Shown here piece after piece: positions 25,357-38,112 of a stretch of DNA of 64,000 bases (position 1 is the first letter of the stretch; every line of letters begins with the position of its first letter). Source of the DNA: Marsupella aquatica (lineage: Eukaryota; Plantae; Marchantiophyta). The DNA is taken from assembly GCA_973895155.1 (NCBI GenBank), contig OZ316892.1:22359168-22423167 (forward strand), given 5' to 3'. The translations under genes and the position numbers were made by a program. Under the pieces are notes generated by a model, which was not told where the DNA came from, did no database searches, and saw only the letters and a program-made list of their open reading frames with translations.

Positions 25357-26765
25357 TTATCTGTGTGCTCGATCGCGATTTTTGGAAAACCCCTGGCAAA
25401 AATTTTCCCCACTCTGTATGGGAGGCATTCTCCAGATCAAGAGTGCCGAAATACGCTGTAGGAATTCGAGCTTGCATGGCAATGACAGTCCCTCCCTCAA
25501 ATGGCTTAAATCGAAGGACAATCATTTCGCGGTCAAATGTATAGAGCCTAACCAGTAGGACTGTATATGCTAAGATTGGTAGGTATTTTTGCAACAGAGA
25601 GGTTCGATGGACTTGAACAGCTCCAGCTGACGAAAATGCATAATCACATCCATGACTCTTGCAGCGAGCTGAATCAAGCTGATTCTCGGTAGCTGTTAGA
25701 AATAGAAACATAGTGATTCGAAGATTTTTTTGTACAAATCCATTCTTTATACAATTATACGGAATTCTTTGTGACGAGACCCTCAGTTGAGGGTCTGTTC
25801 ACCTTCAGCTATAATCATTGAAATTTTTTAACACTGTCTCCTCGATCCACCGGATATCCTGCATTTGTTACCGAGTCCCTTACGCCGCTGCTACTGTTGC
25901 CATGGCAGAGCTAGTTTCAATTTCGTTGTAGCAATGCTTCAACCTACTGTCAAGTTATACAAATATCCAAAAACGACATCTGGGAAAATGCAAGGGAGTC
26001 CTGATTTATTTAGTAAATATATGTGAGCAAGATTACAATGTAGGTCCAGTTCCATGCAGAACTGATGACCAGAAACTAAGTTACTCGTAATGTACGTCAC
26101 TCAATACGTCGACCATTGCTTTCCGAATGGAGATCATTGTGAATATCTTAATGGGGAGGGTATTCTATCGATGCACCGTCACATCCTTCCTGATAGCAAA
26201 TGTCGCACAAGAGCCAACGGTGAACGAAAGCTTGCTCGAGCTCGGAGCAAACTCGCGTTGAGTAGGGCTCCCAGCGATATGTTAAGTGAACAATTATCTA
26301 TTAATACCCAAAGTCATCTAATTTGTTGAGATTTGGCTTTCAAGAATTATCAATCAGCCTTCGCCCCTGGGACACTACACCAGTCAGGACCCGGGTGCAT
26401 CTTCAGTGTGACAGTTTTGTTTAATCAACAATAGACTCATACTTAATGAGGGGCATTTCTTCGAAGAAATGCCCTCAGGAATCGTAAGCGAAGAAGAATG
26501 CTTCGTCATCACGCGTCACTCCTTGTTTCATTTGAGAAGGAGCACCTCCATTGGTTTCCCCGGCTTTATTCAGTTTGGTAAGTGTCTTTCAAGGCACAAA
26601 ATAACCCAAAGGTGTTGGAGAATATCTTGACGGTGGGTAGTTAGTTGGCTGGAGCATGTTAGGCCATTTTTTGGATTAATTTACTCTCGAATAGTTGGAT
26701 AAGGCATTATTTTAGGGTTCCTTACAGGCTACGTAATCAACTTTAGGGCTTCGTAATAAGCTTTA

Positions 26766-26910
26766 GGGTTGTTTAATTATTAAAGAAGTAGATACCACTG
26801 CAAAATGTTCAAACAACACCATTCTAACCAAGCACTGGACCTTGACTTCTGGTCAGAATGGTGTCCTTTGGAGTGGTATCTACTGTACTTCTTTAATAAT
26901 TAAACAACCC
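26766..26910. mobile_element. Short fold-back MITE (Tourist-like)
   Basis: GGGTTGTTTAATTATTAAAGAAGTA...TACTTCTTTAATAATTAAACAACCC inverted repeats; TSD not clear. Confidence 0.7.
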
Positions 26911-28526
26911 CACCGAAAGTGCAGTAAGAGTAGTCTCCTCATTGGAATGATTCCATGCCTCAAATGTATTCTAGGCTTTTGTAAGCCATTTTAGATTTAC
27001 CAAAATAGGCAATGGAAACCCTGAGAACTCACACTGAAATCACAGGGGCAACCAAACATTCAAACTTGTTTGCAGGCGGGGATGGATAGGGGCAGGCAGC
27101 AAAAAGATGTTTAGTTGCAAGTTTCGATAGGAGGGTGATGCACCAAAATGTCTCAGTCCCAATTTGTCTCTATGGGCCTACTGGCTTCTTTTGTGTAGGG
27201 TAACCCATTCAGTGGGTTGCTTTGCCTTTGTGATCTTGTCTCCTGGTTGGGCATTTTTGTCCTTGGGCGGCGTTTTTGTCCCTTGGGCGGCGTTTTTGTC
27301 CTTGGGCAGTGTGTTATATTTGTGTAGGGTAACCCATTCCCAAGAGTGGGTAATAGGTAAAGCCCAAAGGGCAGTGAGCCCATTGCATGAATTCCCTTGG
27401 TCCAAGCATTCTGACTCTGATGTGATTCCTCAGTCTAAACTCCAGGGCTCCTCAATCATGCTAACCTCTAACTTTCCTCTCGACTTGTTTTGTCACATCA
27501 TCATTGCAAGAAACCCCTTGGTCCAGCTATCCTGCAGCTCATGCCCTCCACCCTCCCCCATGATGCCTCAGAGAGGGGTTCCATGTGGCTAGGGGCACGG
27601 AGCGCCTGTACCCACAGCCCTCGCCTCCAACTTTGCGGGAGGTTGTTGGCGCGGCAGGTCCAGGGGCCTGCCACAGTCGCATGCAGCTCCTCCCCACCCC
27701 TTGCCCCCCTGCCTTCCGGTCACCCAGCCCGGGCACCTGTGCTGCCGAGCGGACTGCTTGCCCCGGGCCCGGCCTTCTTTCCACCCGGACCCCGCATTGT
27801 TTCGCGACTGCCTCCAGCCAAGCCACAAACGAAAAAATGCTGTTGGACCCCGATGCCATAGCTCGGGCCCTGAAGCTTTTCTCAGCTCTCAATCGACAAT
27901 CACCCGGACTGGTAGTGCTGAATGCAGCCAATAGCAACAGCTTGGCATCCACTGTAAGTGCCGTTGCGACCTGCCTGGCTTGATCGCAAAAACTCTGCGA
28001 CAAAGGTGAGTGCTTTAGAAATAATGTCGTGTGCTGGTCCCAAACCTAAATCAAATCTGATTGAAATTCAATTTGAACTAGTTCTCCTTGATACTTGTTA
28101 CAAGCTTGTTGCCATAGACATGAGGAGCGTTGGATAGCTACATGGGCTGCAGATCTGCAAAGCTAGATGGGCTGCATCGACAGAGGAGACATGGAGCAAC
28201 TCTTCGCTTTCCAGGCTAGACTTCGATTGGGCACTTGAGTCTACAAAATTCATTTCAGGTTTATACATTACTTGTTCCTTATTGAACTCATTGTTGGATT
28301 CAGTGTTTAAATTACACAGAGTGTTTGCTGGTCTGGTAAAATTTCTTAAAATGTGAGAACAAATAGCTCTCACAAAGTGCTCAAATTGAAGCTTGCCCTT
28401 GTTTCAATTGCAATTGATGGACTGTCTGTTCTTCAGACCTCAGCAATTAACAATTATAGGATCTCATTCTTAGAGTTCTCTGTTTCTTCATGACAGGCAA
28501 ATTAAAGCTCTCATAGGATAATTCTC

Positions 28527-29972
28527 ATGGAAGGAGTTAGTTTTGATGAGGATGTGCCACAACACCCAGAGCTGCCTGATCTCAACCAATCTGTTCACGC
28601 TGCAATAGCCCAGGGCAGACCCCCTCCTCGCAGGTTCCAACCTGGTCCTGGGCCACAAGCACTCCACTCAATACTGAGAACAGTGGCTTCCTTGATGGCC
28701 TCTATTGCCACTGTCGTCCACCTGATGATGCCCTGGTTTGACAGTCCCACTAATTCAATACTTGACTCCATGGACAACAACTCACTCACTCAGTCAACAC
28801 TCTGCAGAGCACTATTGTTTTCTCACATAGTTCCCTCCTTTTTGCAAGTTGTTGGGTTAGTTCATATTCGACCAAGACAGGTTATAGATTAGTGGTATAT
28901 TAAGCCCCGCACACGACAGAGATTAATCATTTGGATTGATGACACACCTTGGGAGGATCCTCACCATTTTCAAGAGTTTTTCCGAATTAGTCCTCCTCTA
29001 TTTTTCTATATTTGTGAGATTGTGCATGATGATACGATCACAGATCCTCCTATTTCATTGAGAATCCTGCCGAACAGACAACTGTTGGTAATGAGACAAG
29101 TTGCTCTTGCATTGAGACGTCTGGCTACTGGTGATACATTCTTCACAATAGGTGAATTGTTTGGAGTTTTGAAGAGTTCTGCTATGAAAGTGACTTGGAA
29201 GTTCATTTCCTCATTGCGAAGGAGGGCTGCTCATGTAATCCGATGGCCAGATGAGGCAGGCCTTCGTGAAGTGAAACAAGGATTTCAGGACAGATGGGGT
29301 TTCCCCAATTTCTGTGGAGCTAATGATGGCACTCACTTGCCTATTGAGTTGCCATTTGGTGAGGACTCTACTCAATACTATGATTGGAAGCACAAGCTCT
29401 CAGTCTCCATGCAGGGAATTTGTGATCAGAAACTGAGGTTTTTAGATGTATGCTGTGGGCTGCCGGGAAGCATTCAAGATACTAGATTGATGAGGATGTC
29501 CCGGTTTTATTACCAAGTTACACAGCAGCACAGTCGATTGAGTGGGTCTCTATTCCGTTGTGAAGATGGCAGGATGCTGCAAGAGTACATCATTGGGGAT
29601 GCAGGGTATCCTCTTCTACCTTGGCTCATTGTTCCTTTTCCAAGAGGTGTGTCTGAATAGACAGATGCTTTTAACTACAAGTTGTCCAATACGAGAATGT
29701 GTGTGGAAAGAGCTTTTGGAAGATTGAAAGGGACATGGAGAATTCTGAGTAGGGTGTTGTGGAAGCCTCGTATTGAACGACTCGGACCGATGATATTTTC
29801 CTGTTGTGTTCTTCATAATCTCATTATAGATAGGAATGATGGACTGCCAAATGTTGTTTGGCAGTATCATCCACCTCACCCACCAGGCTATGCAGGCGTC
29901 CTTCGTCCCAACAGGAGAATGTATAGAGGGGGGCCAGAGGCACGAATGGCTTTGATGGAGCATGTAGGATAG
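28527..29972 (+). pseudogene. Harbinger DDE transposase (HARBI1-like)
   Basis: FRIS..F, ALALRRLATG, GANDGTH, QGICD, PGSIQD, IGDAGYPL, RMCVERAFGRLKGTWRIL, CCVLHN. In-frame TAG at 28890 and 29658. Confidence 0.9.
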
Positions 29973-30409
29973 TCAGGGTCGTGGATTTAGCAAATGGCCA
30001 CTTCAAAGCTCTCAGCCTTCATTATTTAGTCCATTCATACCATTGTAATGCCATTTGTTTTTATAATGCAATTCTTCTCTTTTTCAGAAAGATTACAGCA
30101 CCTTTAATCTCAAATTTACCTTGGAGTTTGAAATGTAAAATACATTAGCAAGCATGGAGCATGCAACTTGATTCTTCTCATGTCATTCAGATATATGATG
30201 AATTCTTCCATAGAAGCAAACAAAGTTAAGTTCAAAATTGTGCAGATTGAATCTGTCATTGCAAAACATCAAAAACTTGTGCATCAGCTGCAAAAGCATT
30301 GTTTTATCCATGTTTTGAAGTGTAACCTGTTCTGAATGTATTTCTCACTATCAAGCTGAGATTTCTGTCCCAATGGATGTACATAGAGCTTTCAAAACAT
30401 ATCAACTTC

Positions 30410-31455
30410 TCAAGTGTCTGTTGACTGCCTGAGTCCATTTGTAAGGTACCTAACAGAGTCCGCAATGAATGCAAGAGCATTCGCAACATCAATCCCAGTT
30501 TGTCGGGCAGATCGAGTAGCCTCAGCTTGAGCAGCCAAGACATCAACATGTCTCCTGTTGTTGAAGGTGAGGAGTTCGTTGTGCTCCTCCCTTCTTGCCA
30601 GACGGTCCTCAGCAATGGCTTTCACAAAATGGTCGGTCACTTTATGCATCTCATCTCGGGTCCTCTCAGATGCTTTTTTCCGTTTCCAGCCCCTAGTGGT
30701 TGATGGACCAGGATCCTGCTGTCCAGTGACAGAGGCTGGGCTTGTTCCCATGGGGCTTGGGTTGGGGGAGGTGGTTGGTTGAGATGGTGTGCCTCGATCC
30801 ATACCTGTATGACCAGTCTCAGCAGGAGTTGGCGGATCTCGAGTAGTTGATGGTGGTATGTATGAGGTATTAAAAGGTTCTGCATCATCATCTAGGTCTT
30901 CATATGCAGCATCAGGGCTTTCTTGATCACCTCCACCCATGTTTGAATTGGTAGAGGACCATGGTTGGCCTTCAGGAGTTGTTCCTGATCCTGGATCCAC
31001 GAATGATGGACAGCTTCTTCAACCTCAACATCTGCTGTACTGTCAACATACTGATTGGGATCTGGATGGACAGCTCTATTTGCTGGGACAAATACCACCA
31101 TAGCCTCATATATATCTTCCTGGAAAGTAGTGGGCAAGCCTCGATCCTTCTTTTCAGACCTTGACAATTGAAAGTAGCCATCACCGCCAGAGGGAGTGTG
31201 AGCCTGGAAATCATAAATCTTCTTGAAATCTGTGAGCAATTTCTCCCACCTCTTCTTGCACTGCTTCCAGCCCCTTTGAACATTGTTGGCCTTGCAGTTG
31301 TCTTCAATGTCTTTTTACCTTTGCTCAGCTGTTCGAATTCGATCTCTGGATGAATCTAGCTGAGCTTGATCTTGCTGGTATTTCTTGCTATCCACAAGGA
31401 CCAGAAGTTCTCGAGTCTCCCATTGAGCAGTTCGTCCCATGCGGTCCTCTGCCAT
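30410..31455 (-). pseudogene. Harbinger Myb/SANT (trihelix-like) DNA-binding protein
   Basis: MAEDRMGRTAQWETRELLVL...QCKKRWEKLLTDFKKIYDFQ..YFQLSRSEKKDRGLP, then a low-complexity linker and a C-terminal helix. One stop and one frameshift. Confidence 0.8.
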
Positions 31456-34400
31456 CTACACCCCACAAAGTTTTTAATTTCAGTTCAGTCTAATTACACA
31501 GTTCAATGTCTAATTACATAGTTTTAATTCCAGTTCAGTCTAATTACACAATTCAATGTCTAATTTCTGTTCTACTTCACGTACTGAATTAAAAACCAGA
31601 GAGGAACACATTCGCCAGAAGCAGATTGCACTGTCTAGCCAAATATAGTATTGACAGTTTTCTGGTTGTGCTTCAATGAATTCAGAACCAAAGAGACACA
31701 ATTGGCCAGCAGCAGATTGCAATGTCTATTGAGATATAACATAAGAATTATGTAAGAGAAATGCAATTTTGGTAGTCGCTGCATGACGCAAAATGGAATG
31801 TGGGAATTCAGAGGAATTGTAGTTTCAGAAAGGTCCACATTAATAGTTCATAGTGTCCAATGACAATGAGGATTTTATAGATCAAACATTACTGTTTCGT
31901 AGACGAATGCCCGGTTAGATATCTCAGATTTCTTCTATTCAGTCCACCAATGGCTCTTGATTAATCTGCCGTCAATTGAGCTCACAATTCACCTCAAACT
32001 GTTGAAAACTATTGTAGTAGTGCTGCAAGAATGGTGGACGAGCGATGGCGGCAGCAGCAGCAGCATATGGAGCTATGGTGGAAGCATCAGCTAGGACCTC
32101 AAAGCGACAAAAAGCTATGGCGGCTACGGTGAAGCTAAAAACAATTCCATGAGCGGGAGCCAAAAGTCCGAGGCACACGATCCCGCGCAAGCAAGGAGCA
32201 GTCGGATCGCCGATGCAGCCGGGTCGCCGCAGCCGGGTCAGGCGGGAGCAGCAGCCGGGCCGGCGTGAAGGAGTTACCGCCAAACGGCGGTTGTCTTGGG
32301 CTAATCACCGGGGCAAGCCCGTTGCCCATGAGGGGCGAGGGTACCCCGCAAGGGGCGGGAGGGCTCGCCAGCCTCCCCACGGCCTCCTTCCCCCGCACTC
32401 CCTACTGACGTGTACAGCCATAGCGTGGCAGACAGCCCTCGATTCCTGGGGCGTCCGTGCGGAGGGGCACTCCCTGCCTGTACCTGCATGGAACCCCACT
32501 CTCAGCCTCCACCTGATGCCCAGGCCTCCTAGCTACTTAAGCCCAGTGTCCCCACGGCCGAAGCCCTCCAGACCTGACGCACGCCAAAGCCCTCATCACC
32601 TGATGGTTAACACCCAATGCAAATGCATGCCCCTCATGGCCCTCCAGGTGCTGTACTTGCCATGATGGCGAGTATGCCACCCCACCCCGTCCCTGCCATT
32701 TGGGCCAAAATGCGGCCCCTCCTCCCCTCCTTGGTGCTCCTTCCCTTTCTCACGCCCGGCCAACCGGGCTCCCTCCTCCCCTCCTCAACACTGACTCCCT
32801 CCTTGCCCCCTCACAGCCTAGGGTGGGGGTCGGCTCGCCGGCCTCTCCTCCTCTGCTCCCTTTCACGTGCCTCCTGGGGCCTTTGCTCCTTCCATTTAAG
32901 TGCCTGGACTAGGGGCTGACACCCTGCCCCTCTCCAGCCTCACATTGCCGTGCCCTCTTCAGGCCTTTGCTCCCTCCATCCCTTTCATGCGCTGGGCCTA
33001 GGCTGACACCCCGTATTGGGATGAAACTGGTGTGTTGTTGGGCCTCGGTCCTGGGTTCCCTTGCAGGCCAACCCCTCGCCTTCCTGACTTGATCCCATTC
33101 TGCGCCCCTGGACCCAAGGGGCTCACACCCTCTTGCATGCTGACGCCCTATTGGGGCTCGCCGATGCCAATGCCAGAGGGCATGTCGGGGCTCACTGAGG
33201 CCATTGCAGATCCGCCGCAGTGGTGGGTGTCACGATCGCCCTCCATGTATTTCTTGGTTGGGGCCAAAAGTGCATTGCCAAAAGTGGTCAGGGGGTGGCA
33301 AGACCCCATTGGGGACCGCATAAAGATATATAAGGGGACCGTAAATCCTGTCAGGAGAAGAGGTTACCGGTGTGTAACCATTTCTACAGGGGCCTGCTAT
33401 AGTCATAATTTGGTGTCCTGAAAAGTTGAGCCGGTAACCTCTTTCCGGGCAGGAGTTACGTACGCTAGTGCAGGGCAGGGCTGGGATTATAGGCTGTAAC
33501 CTGCTCCTGGAATATTCAAAGAAGCTTCCCGGCTGCCGCCGATCAGTTTCTTTTCATATTCCGGACGCAGGGTTACAAATACGATTTCGGACCGAACGAG
33601 AACTATTTCCTCTAAACGAGAAGTGTATTTTCATTTTCCGCCGAATCTCGCGAAATTGGCAGTTTTTTTCATCAAAAACACGTTTTTGGGGAAATAATGT
33701 AATTCGTATCGGAGTTCGGATTGAAACAGTAAATTTAATAATGATCAAAACCAATGAAATTCATGCTAACAAACATTCATATTATCAAGGAATAATTAGA
33801 TCCAAAAAACTTTCTCCTCAACCTCATATTCACGCTCTTCGAAGATATATGAAAGGTCTTATCTATAAATCCATATCCACATTTTGAGCCAAGTGCAATA
33901 ACTGTATCGGACTCCGGATTTGAGCCATGAAAGCTCCGACCCAATCTCAGTTTTCTCAGTTTTTGGATATTTACCAAAAATATTTTACATCACAGTCGAT
34001 AAGAATTACTGCACGGTTCGTCAAACTTACCTTGCAGTTACCTCCACAATTGACCAGTTACCTCTGCAAGTGACCATAGTCAACATGCCATTCTTTCAAC
34101 AGCAATGCGCAGTCCGATAAAATTATCGCGAAAACTACGGGTGACAAAATACTAGTCGACAATACTAAGATCCTTCGGTTCATCGGTTAAATTTCAAAAT
34201 TCCTATCCATATGAAGAAAACTCTTCGCAATACCAACATCAGATAAATTTATCGCTTCAATTTCAAAACTATATAATTTTTCCACGATGCACATGTGAGA
34301 ATGAAATTGGAAATCCAAGAAATATACCCTTTTTTGCTATTTTGTCGTTTAGGGTGACAGCCAATCAAAAGTGGACACGTGGGCCAACCCCTCAACAGAC

Positions 34401-36140
34401 ACTATAAAAGGGCCACCGCCGATAAGTTTTTGGCATCATTATCGAGAGTAGAGTTTTGGGAGTTGTGTTCTTGGAGCAACATTCTGTCCGCTGAGCCTTT
34501 CATTTTCCCTGATTGCGGGAGGAATGCAAAGCCCCATAGTGTCTTGGATAGCCATGTCTCAATCAGACACAGATTCACCTTCCAGTTCAGTTGAATCCTC
34601 TCCTAATCTTGTCGCTCGCTGTTTGCCAAGTCGCATACTTAAAGCTCTACCTCTCTCACAACAAATAGTGCCCGAAATCTCTGACTCAGATTCTGATGCA
34701 AGTTCTGGTCCTGAGCCCAGTGCTTACTTTCAATCCCAGGTTTAGGTCCGAGACATCGCTTCAGGCCATCCATCCCGGGTTATGGAGAGGGTATCCGGCG
34801 ACCGATACGCGTATCGCAGTCGGCATTCAAGTTGCCACATTCAACACAAGTTCAACGATGGATCTTTCAGTCTCCGGGTGAGGATCAGGACACAGAAATA
34901 CAAAGACCGATACGGCGATTGGTCTTTGCATTGCCTGGACTGGATGTGCGAGCAAGCGAGGGAATCGGATTGCGAAGTCCAGACTCGGCCCTTTCTCGAA
35001 TGGTCCATGGGAATCGTGGTGAACAAGTGCTCAATTTTCCAGCAGCTCGTGGAGTCGTTGGGACTGCACGTGCGAATCCAGAATCTCCAAGTTCTCAAGG
35101 GTGGACTATCATTGGTTCTAGGCTCCAAGTATCGAGGAGAGGTCTTAGTGGCGTTTGGGTTATGTATAGAGAGCCACGGAGTCCAATTGTGTTTTCAGAT
35201 GAGTCGAGTGCATCGGAGGATGAAGATGAGAAAGGAGATAGAGAATCCGATATAATAGCACAAGTTGTGTCTGAATGTTTAGAAGGAGCTGTGGAAGAGA
35301 ATAGTTATAGTCATCTATTCAATACCCCTCTAAATGCGTCAAGGAGATGTATAGAGGATGGTAGCTCAACAGAGAGTGATGCATCTATTCGTGAGGCACC
35401 TGAAGGACCCGAAAATGCCAATGTTATGAACGGATTTCAGGCTGTAGAGAAGTCAAATGAGCCTAGTAAAAAAGATAGGGACCGAATTACTAGGAAAGAC
35501 TATGATAAATGACAAATTGAATAGAAACAAAATGAGAGAAATTCATAAGTATTCGTGTTGCGATAATTACTGTCTGAGGAATTTGGGTCTGCTAGCCGTG
35601 ACGAAACAATGCACTTATTACTATGGGCTATCCTACCCAGAGAAGAACGTCCTTCTAAGAGGATGTGTGAAGGGTGGGCATGCTGGTGCAAGTGGTTACT
35701 CAGTTAGCGGTAGATCCTTTTGTCGGAGTGGTTTTAAGAAATTATTTTCACTAGGAAATAATCGTCTCCAAAAAATCTCGCAAAACATGTTTTCTCGGAT
35801 ACAGATTGGTACAGTTTGTCGAGAAAAATCACCTGCACATCTTGGTCTCGTCCAATGGCTGGATGATTTTTTTCCACAAATGTCGAGAGTCTCCCCAACA
35901 AGGATATCTTTCATTTACCTGACAATTGGACAAAAATAGAAGTTTTTGATGCCTTCCAGTCCAAAACTCTAATGTGCCAAGAACAAGGCATGACATATTC
36001 GTGGTTTGTTTGCATATGGAACAAGGAGTTTCCTTGCATGCGCATCCCCAAAAGGAGCCGTTTCTCCACCTGCGCCCCGTGTACTGAATTCAAATCACTC
36101 CGTGACAAGGCAACACTCGAAGCAAAAAAGAGTAAGTTTC

Positions 36141-37863
36141 TGTCGCGTCCCTAACCTGGGCCTTAAATCCAGTTTAGTTCCATGGCGCAACCTCGACCAC
36201 CAGTAGGGGTGAGGGTTCGGGCAAGGAGGTGTGTAGTAGCCCCGATTAGCCCTAAGTCGGGCTAAGTCTATCTACGTACTGGTATAAACACTTGCGCAAT
36301 TTGTACTAGTCATAGGTATATTTGTTTTCCACCGCTGGAATCTTCCCTCAGTTAGTGACTCGGACTAACTCCCGGCTTGGGGCTTTTCAAGCCATTGACG
36401 TGACAGGACCTTGTGACATACAATGGGTGGAAATCCCTACCATTAGTCCGCACCCGGTACGTCCCTTAAAATGGCGTCTTTGCCCAGACAAAGCATGCGC
36501 ACAACACCAGTTACTTGCAGAAACATTAGAGGGAAAAGACTACATTTACTCAGCGAAACATCAGTTTACATGGTTGACTCGACTTCAAAGGGGGTCAGCA
36601 GGCCCAACAGCAGTCGATGCCCAATCTCTACGAGGCCCTGCCTCGCACTTGCCCAGCAAGCTCGACTCTGGCTCTCACTCCTTGGTGCGCTCTGACCCTG
36701 CTCAGGCCGGGACTCCCCGTGCCTCACCTTTCTTATGCTAAAATAACTAAGCCTTCTCCCCCTACCATAGCGGAAGGGGAAGCCTAAATACTACAATTGC
36801 GGAAGAGAACCGGCGGATACTACCTTCCGGGATACTACCTACTGACTAACTACTTTTTGACTACTGGTCGCGCCGCACTGACTGGTTGACCGTCGACGAC
36901 AAGTGTGCCGACCGGGATGGCAGCGGCCAAGCCTACTTACAAACTCTAGTCCGTTGATGAACTCCATCCTACGTTGGCTGATCCTAACTGATCTGGCCCT
37001 AATTCTTCTTACTGCCGCTAATCAGCGCCTAATGACAGCCATTCTATCGTTACATCTAACCAAAAGATGCCGCTGACTTAACGGCCTTGCGCGGCGCCTG
37101 CTTCCATCCTTCGCTAACCACCCCTTACGTGTGTGCTGTGGTTGGACCAGGGCTGGTCCCCTTGTCGGGGCGAGACCTCGAGCCGCCTTGATCAGAGGTG
37201 GGCCCAGGTTTTCCCCGTTGGAGGACGAGCAGGGTAACGCGGTCCTGCAAAGCCTTGTTGTCCCGTACCGCCTCCTCCGCCTCGTTGGCAGCTTCATCGG
37301 CCTCGGTCTGGAGCCGCGCTACCTCCAGGTTGAGCTGGTTAATGGAGTCGCGATGGATCTGGTCCTGCGCCAGCAATTTATCCCACTCGGTGGAGAGACT
37401 AGCCACCTGCTGTGCTGCCTGCAGGAATTGTTCACGGTGTCGTCCAACTTCTCGATCAGAAAGGCAAGTGGATGGCAACGTCCGCGAATTCCAAAAAAGG
37501 TAGACATAAGCAAATGGCCCGCAGCGCCATCGGCTCCTCTCTTATGGAGGTGCCAAGATGAGCCCAAGCGTGAGAAGGCCAAGCCGTTTTGGTCATTGAT
37601 AATGAGCTGAAGTCGGCGCCTCGGTCCAAGCGTGATTCTTCTAACTGATTTTTACTCCGCTGCCGCCACCGTACCTCGGTCATGCGTAATAATCCTCTTC
37701 CTGAACTCGTAATTATTCGGTCATCTTAACCTACTCCTAATCTAATCATAATGGCAATAGACGGGTATACGTGCTATTCTACGCTATGGCTACGGTCCTA
37801 ATGCCCGTACAAGGCCTAATCTACGACCTGGGTTTGGTTAAGTGACACGTTACCCGTGTCACA
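36141..37863. mobile_element. Solo LTR (1723 bp) in the transposase intron
   Basis: TG...CA ends with a 5-bp TSD GTTTC (36136-36140, 37864-37868). Confidence 0.85.
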
Positions 37864-37959
37864 GTTTCTAAACCTATGTGTTACTCCCGATAATTTTATC
37901 GGGTTGAGTATTCATGTGCTTCTTCTTTGGCCATGTGAGTGAATATATCGTTTGAACAG

Positions 37960-38112
37960 TTTGAATACTGAACCTGATAAATTTATCGTTGTCACAATTT
38001 TTCATTACGGTCTTGTGTTTGAATACTGAACCCGATAAATTTATCGTTGTCAGAGTTTATCATTACGGTCTCGTGTTTGAATACTGAACCCGATAAATTT
38101 ATCGCTGTCAGG
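37960..38112. repeat. 3 x ~58-bp tandem repeat carrying the GATAAATTTATCG palindrome core
   Basis: TTTGAATACTGAACC(C/T)GATAAATTTATCG(T/C)TGTCA occurs three times. Confidence 0.9.

Larger units (their letters stand above)
27150..33330. mobile_element. PIF/Harbinger transposon (ends approximate)
   Basis: Convergent DDE nuclease and Myb/SANT genes with GC-rich flanks; I could not identify TIRs. Confidence 0.75.

Noticed and set aside
27490-28003. Overlapping GC-rich ORFs (also 31972-33421)
   Set aside because: Low-complexity Pro/Arg/Ala frames on both strands, as expected from GC-rich TE flanks; no motifs.
37125-37478. Coiled-coil-like ORF inside the solo LTR
   Set aside because: Short, with no recognisable gag or pol motif; cannot be supported as a gene.
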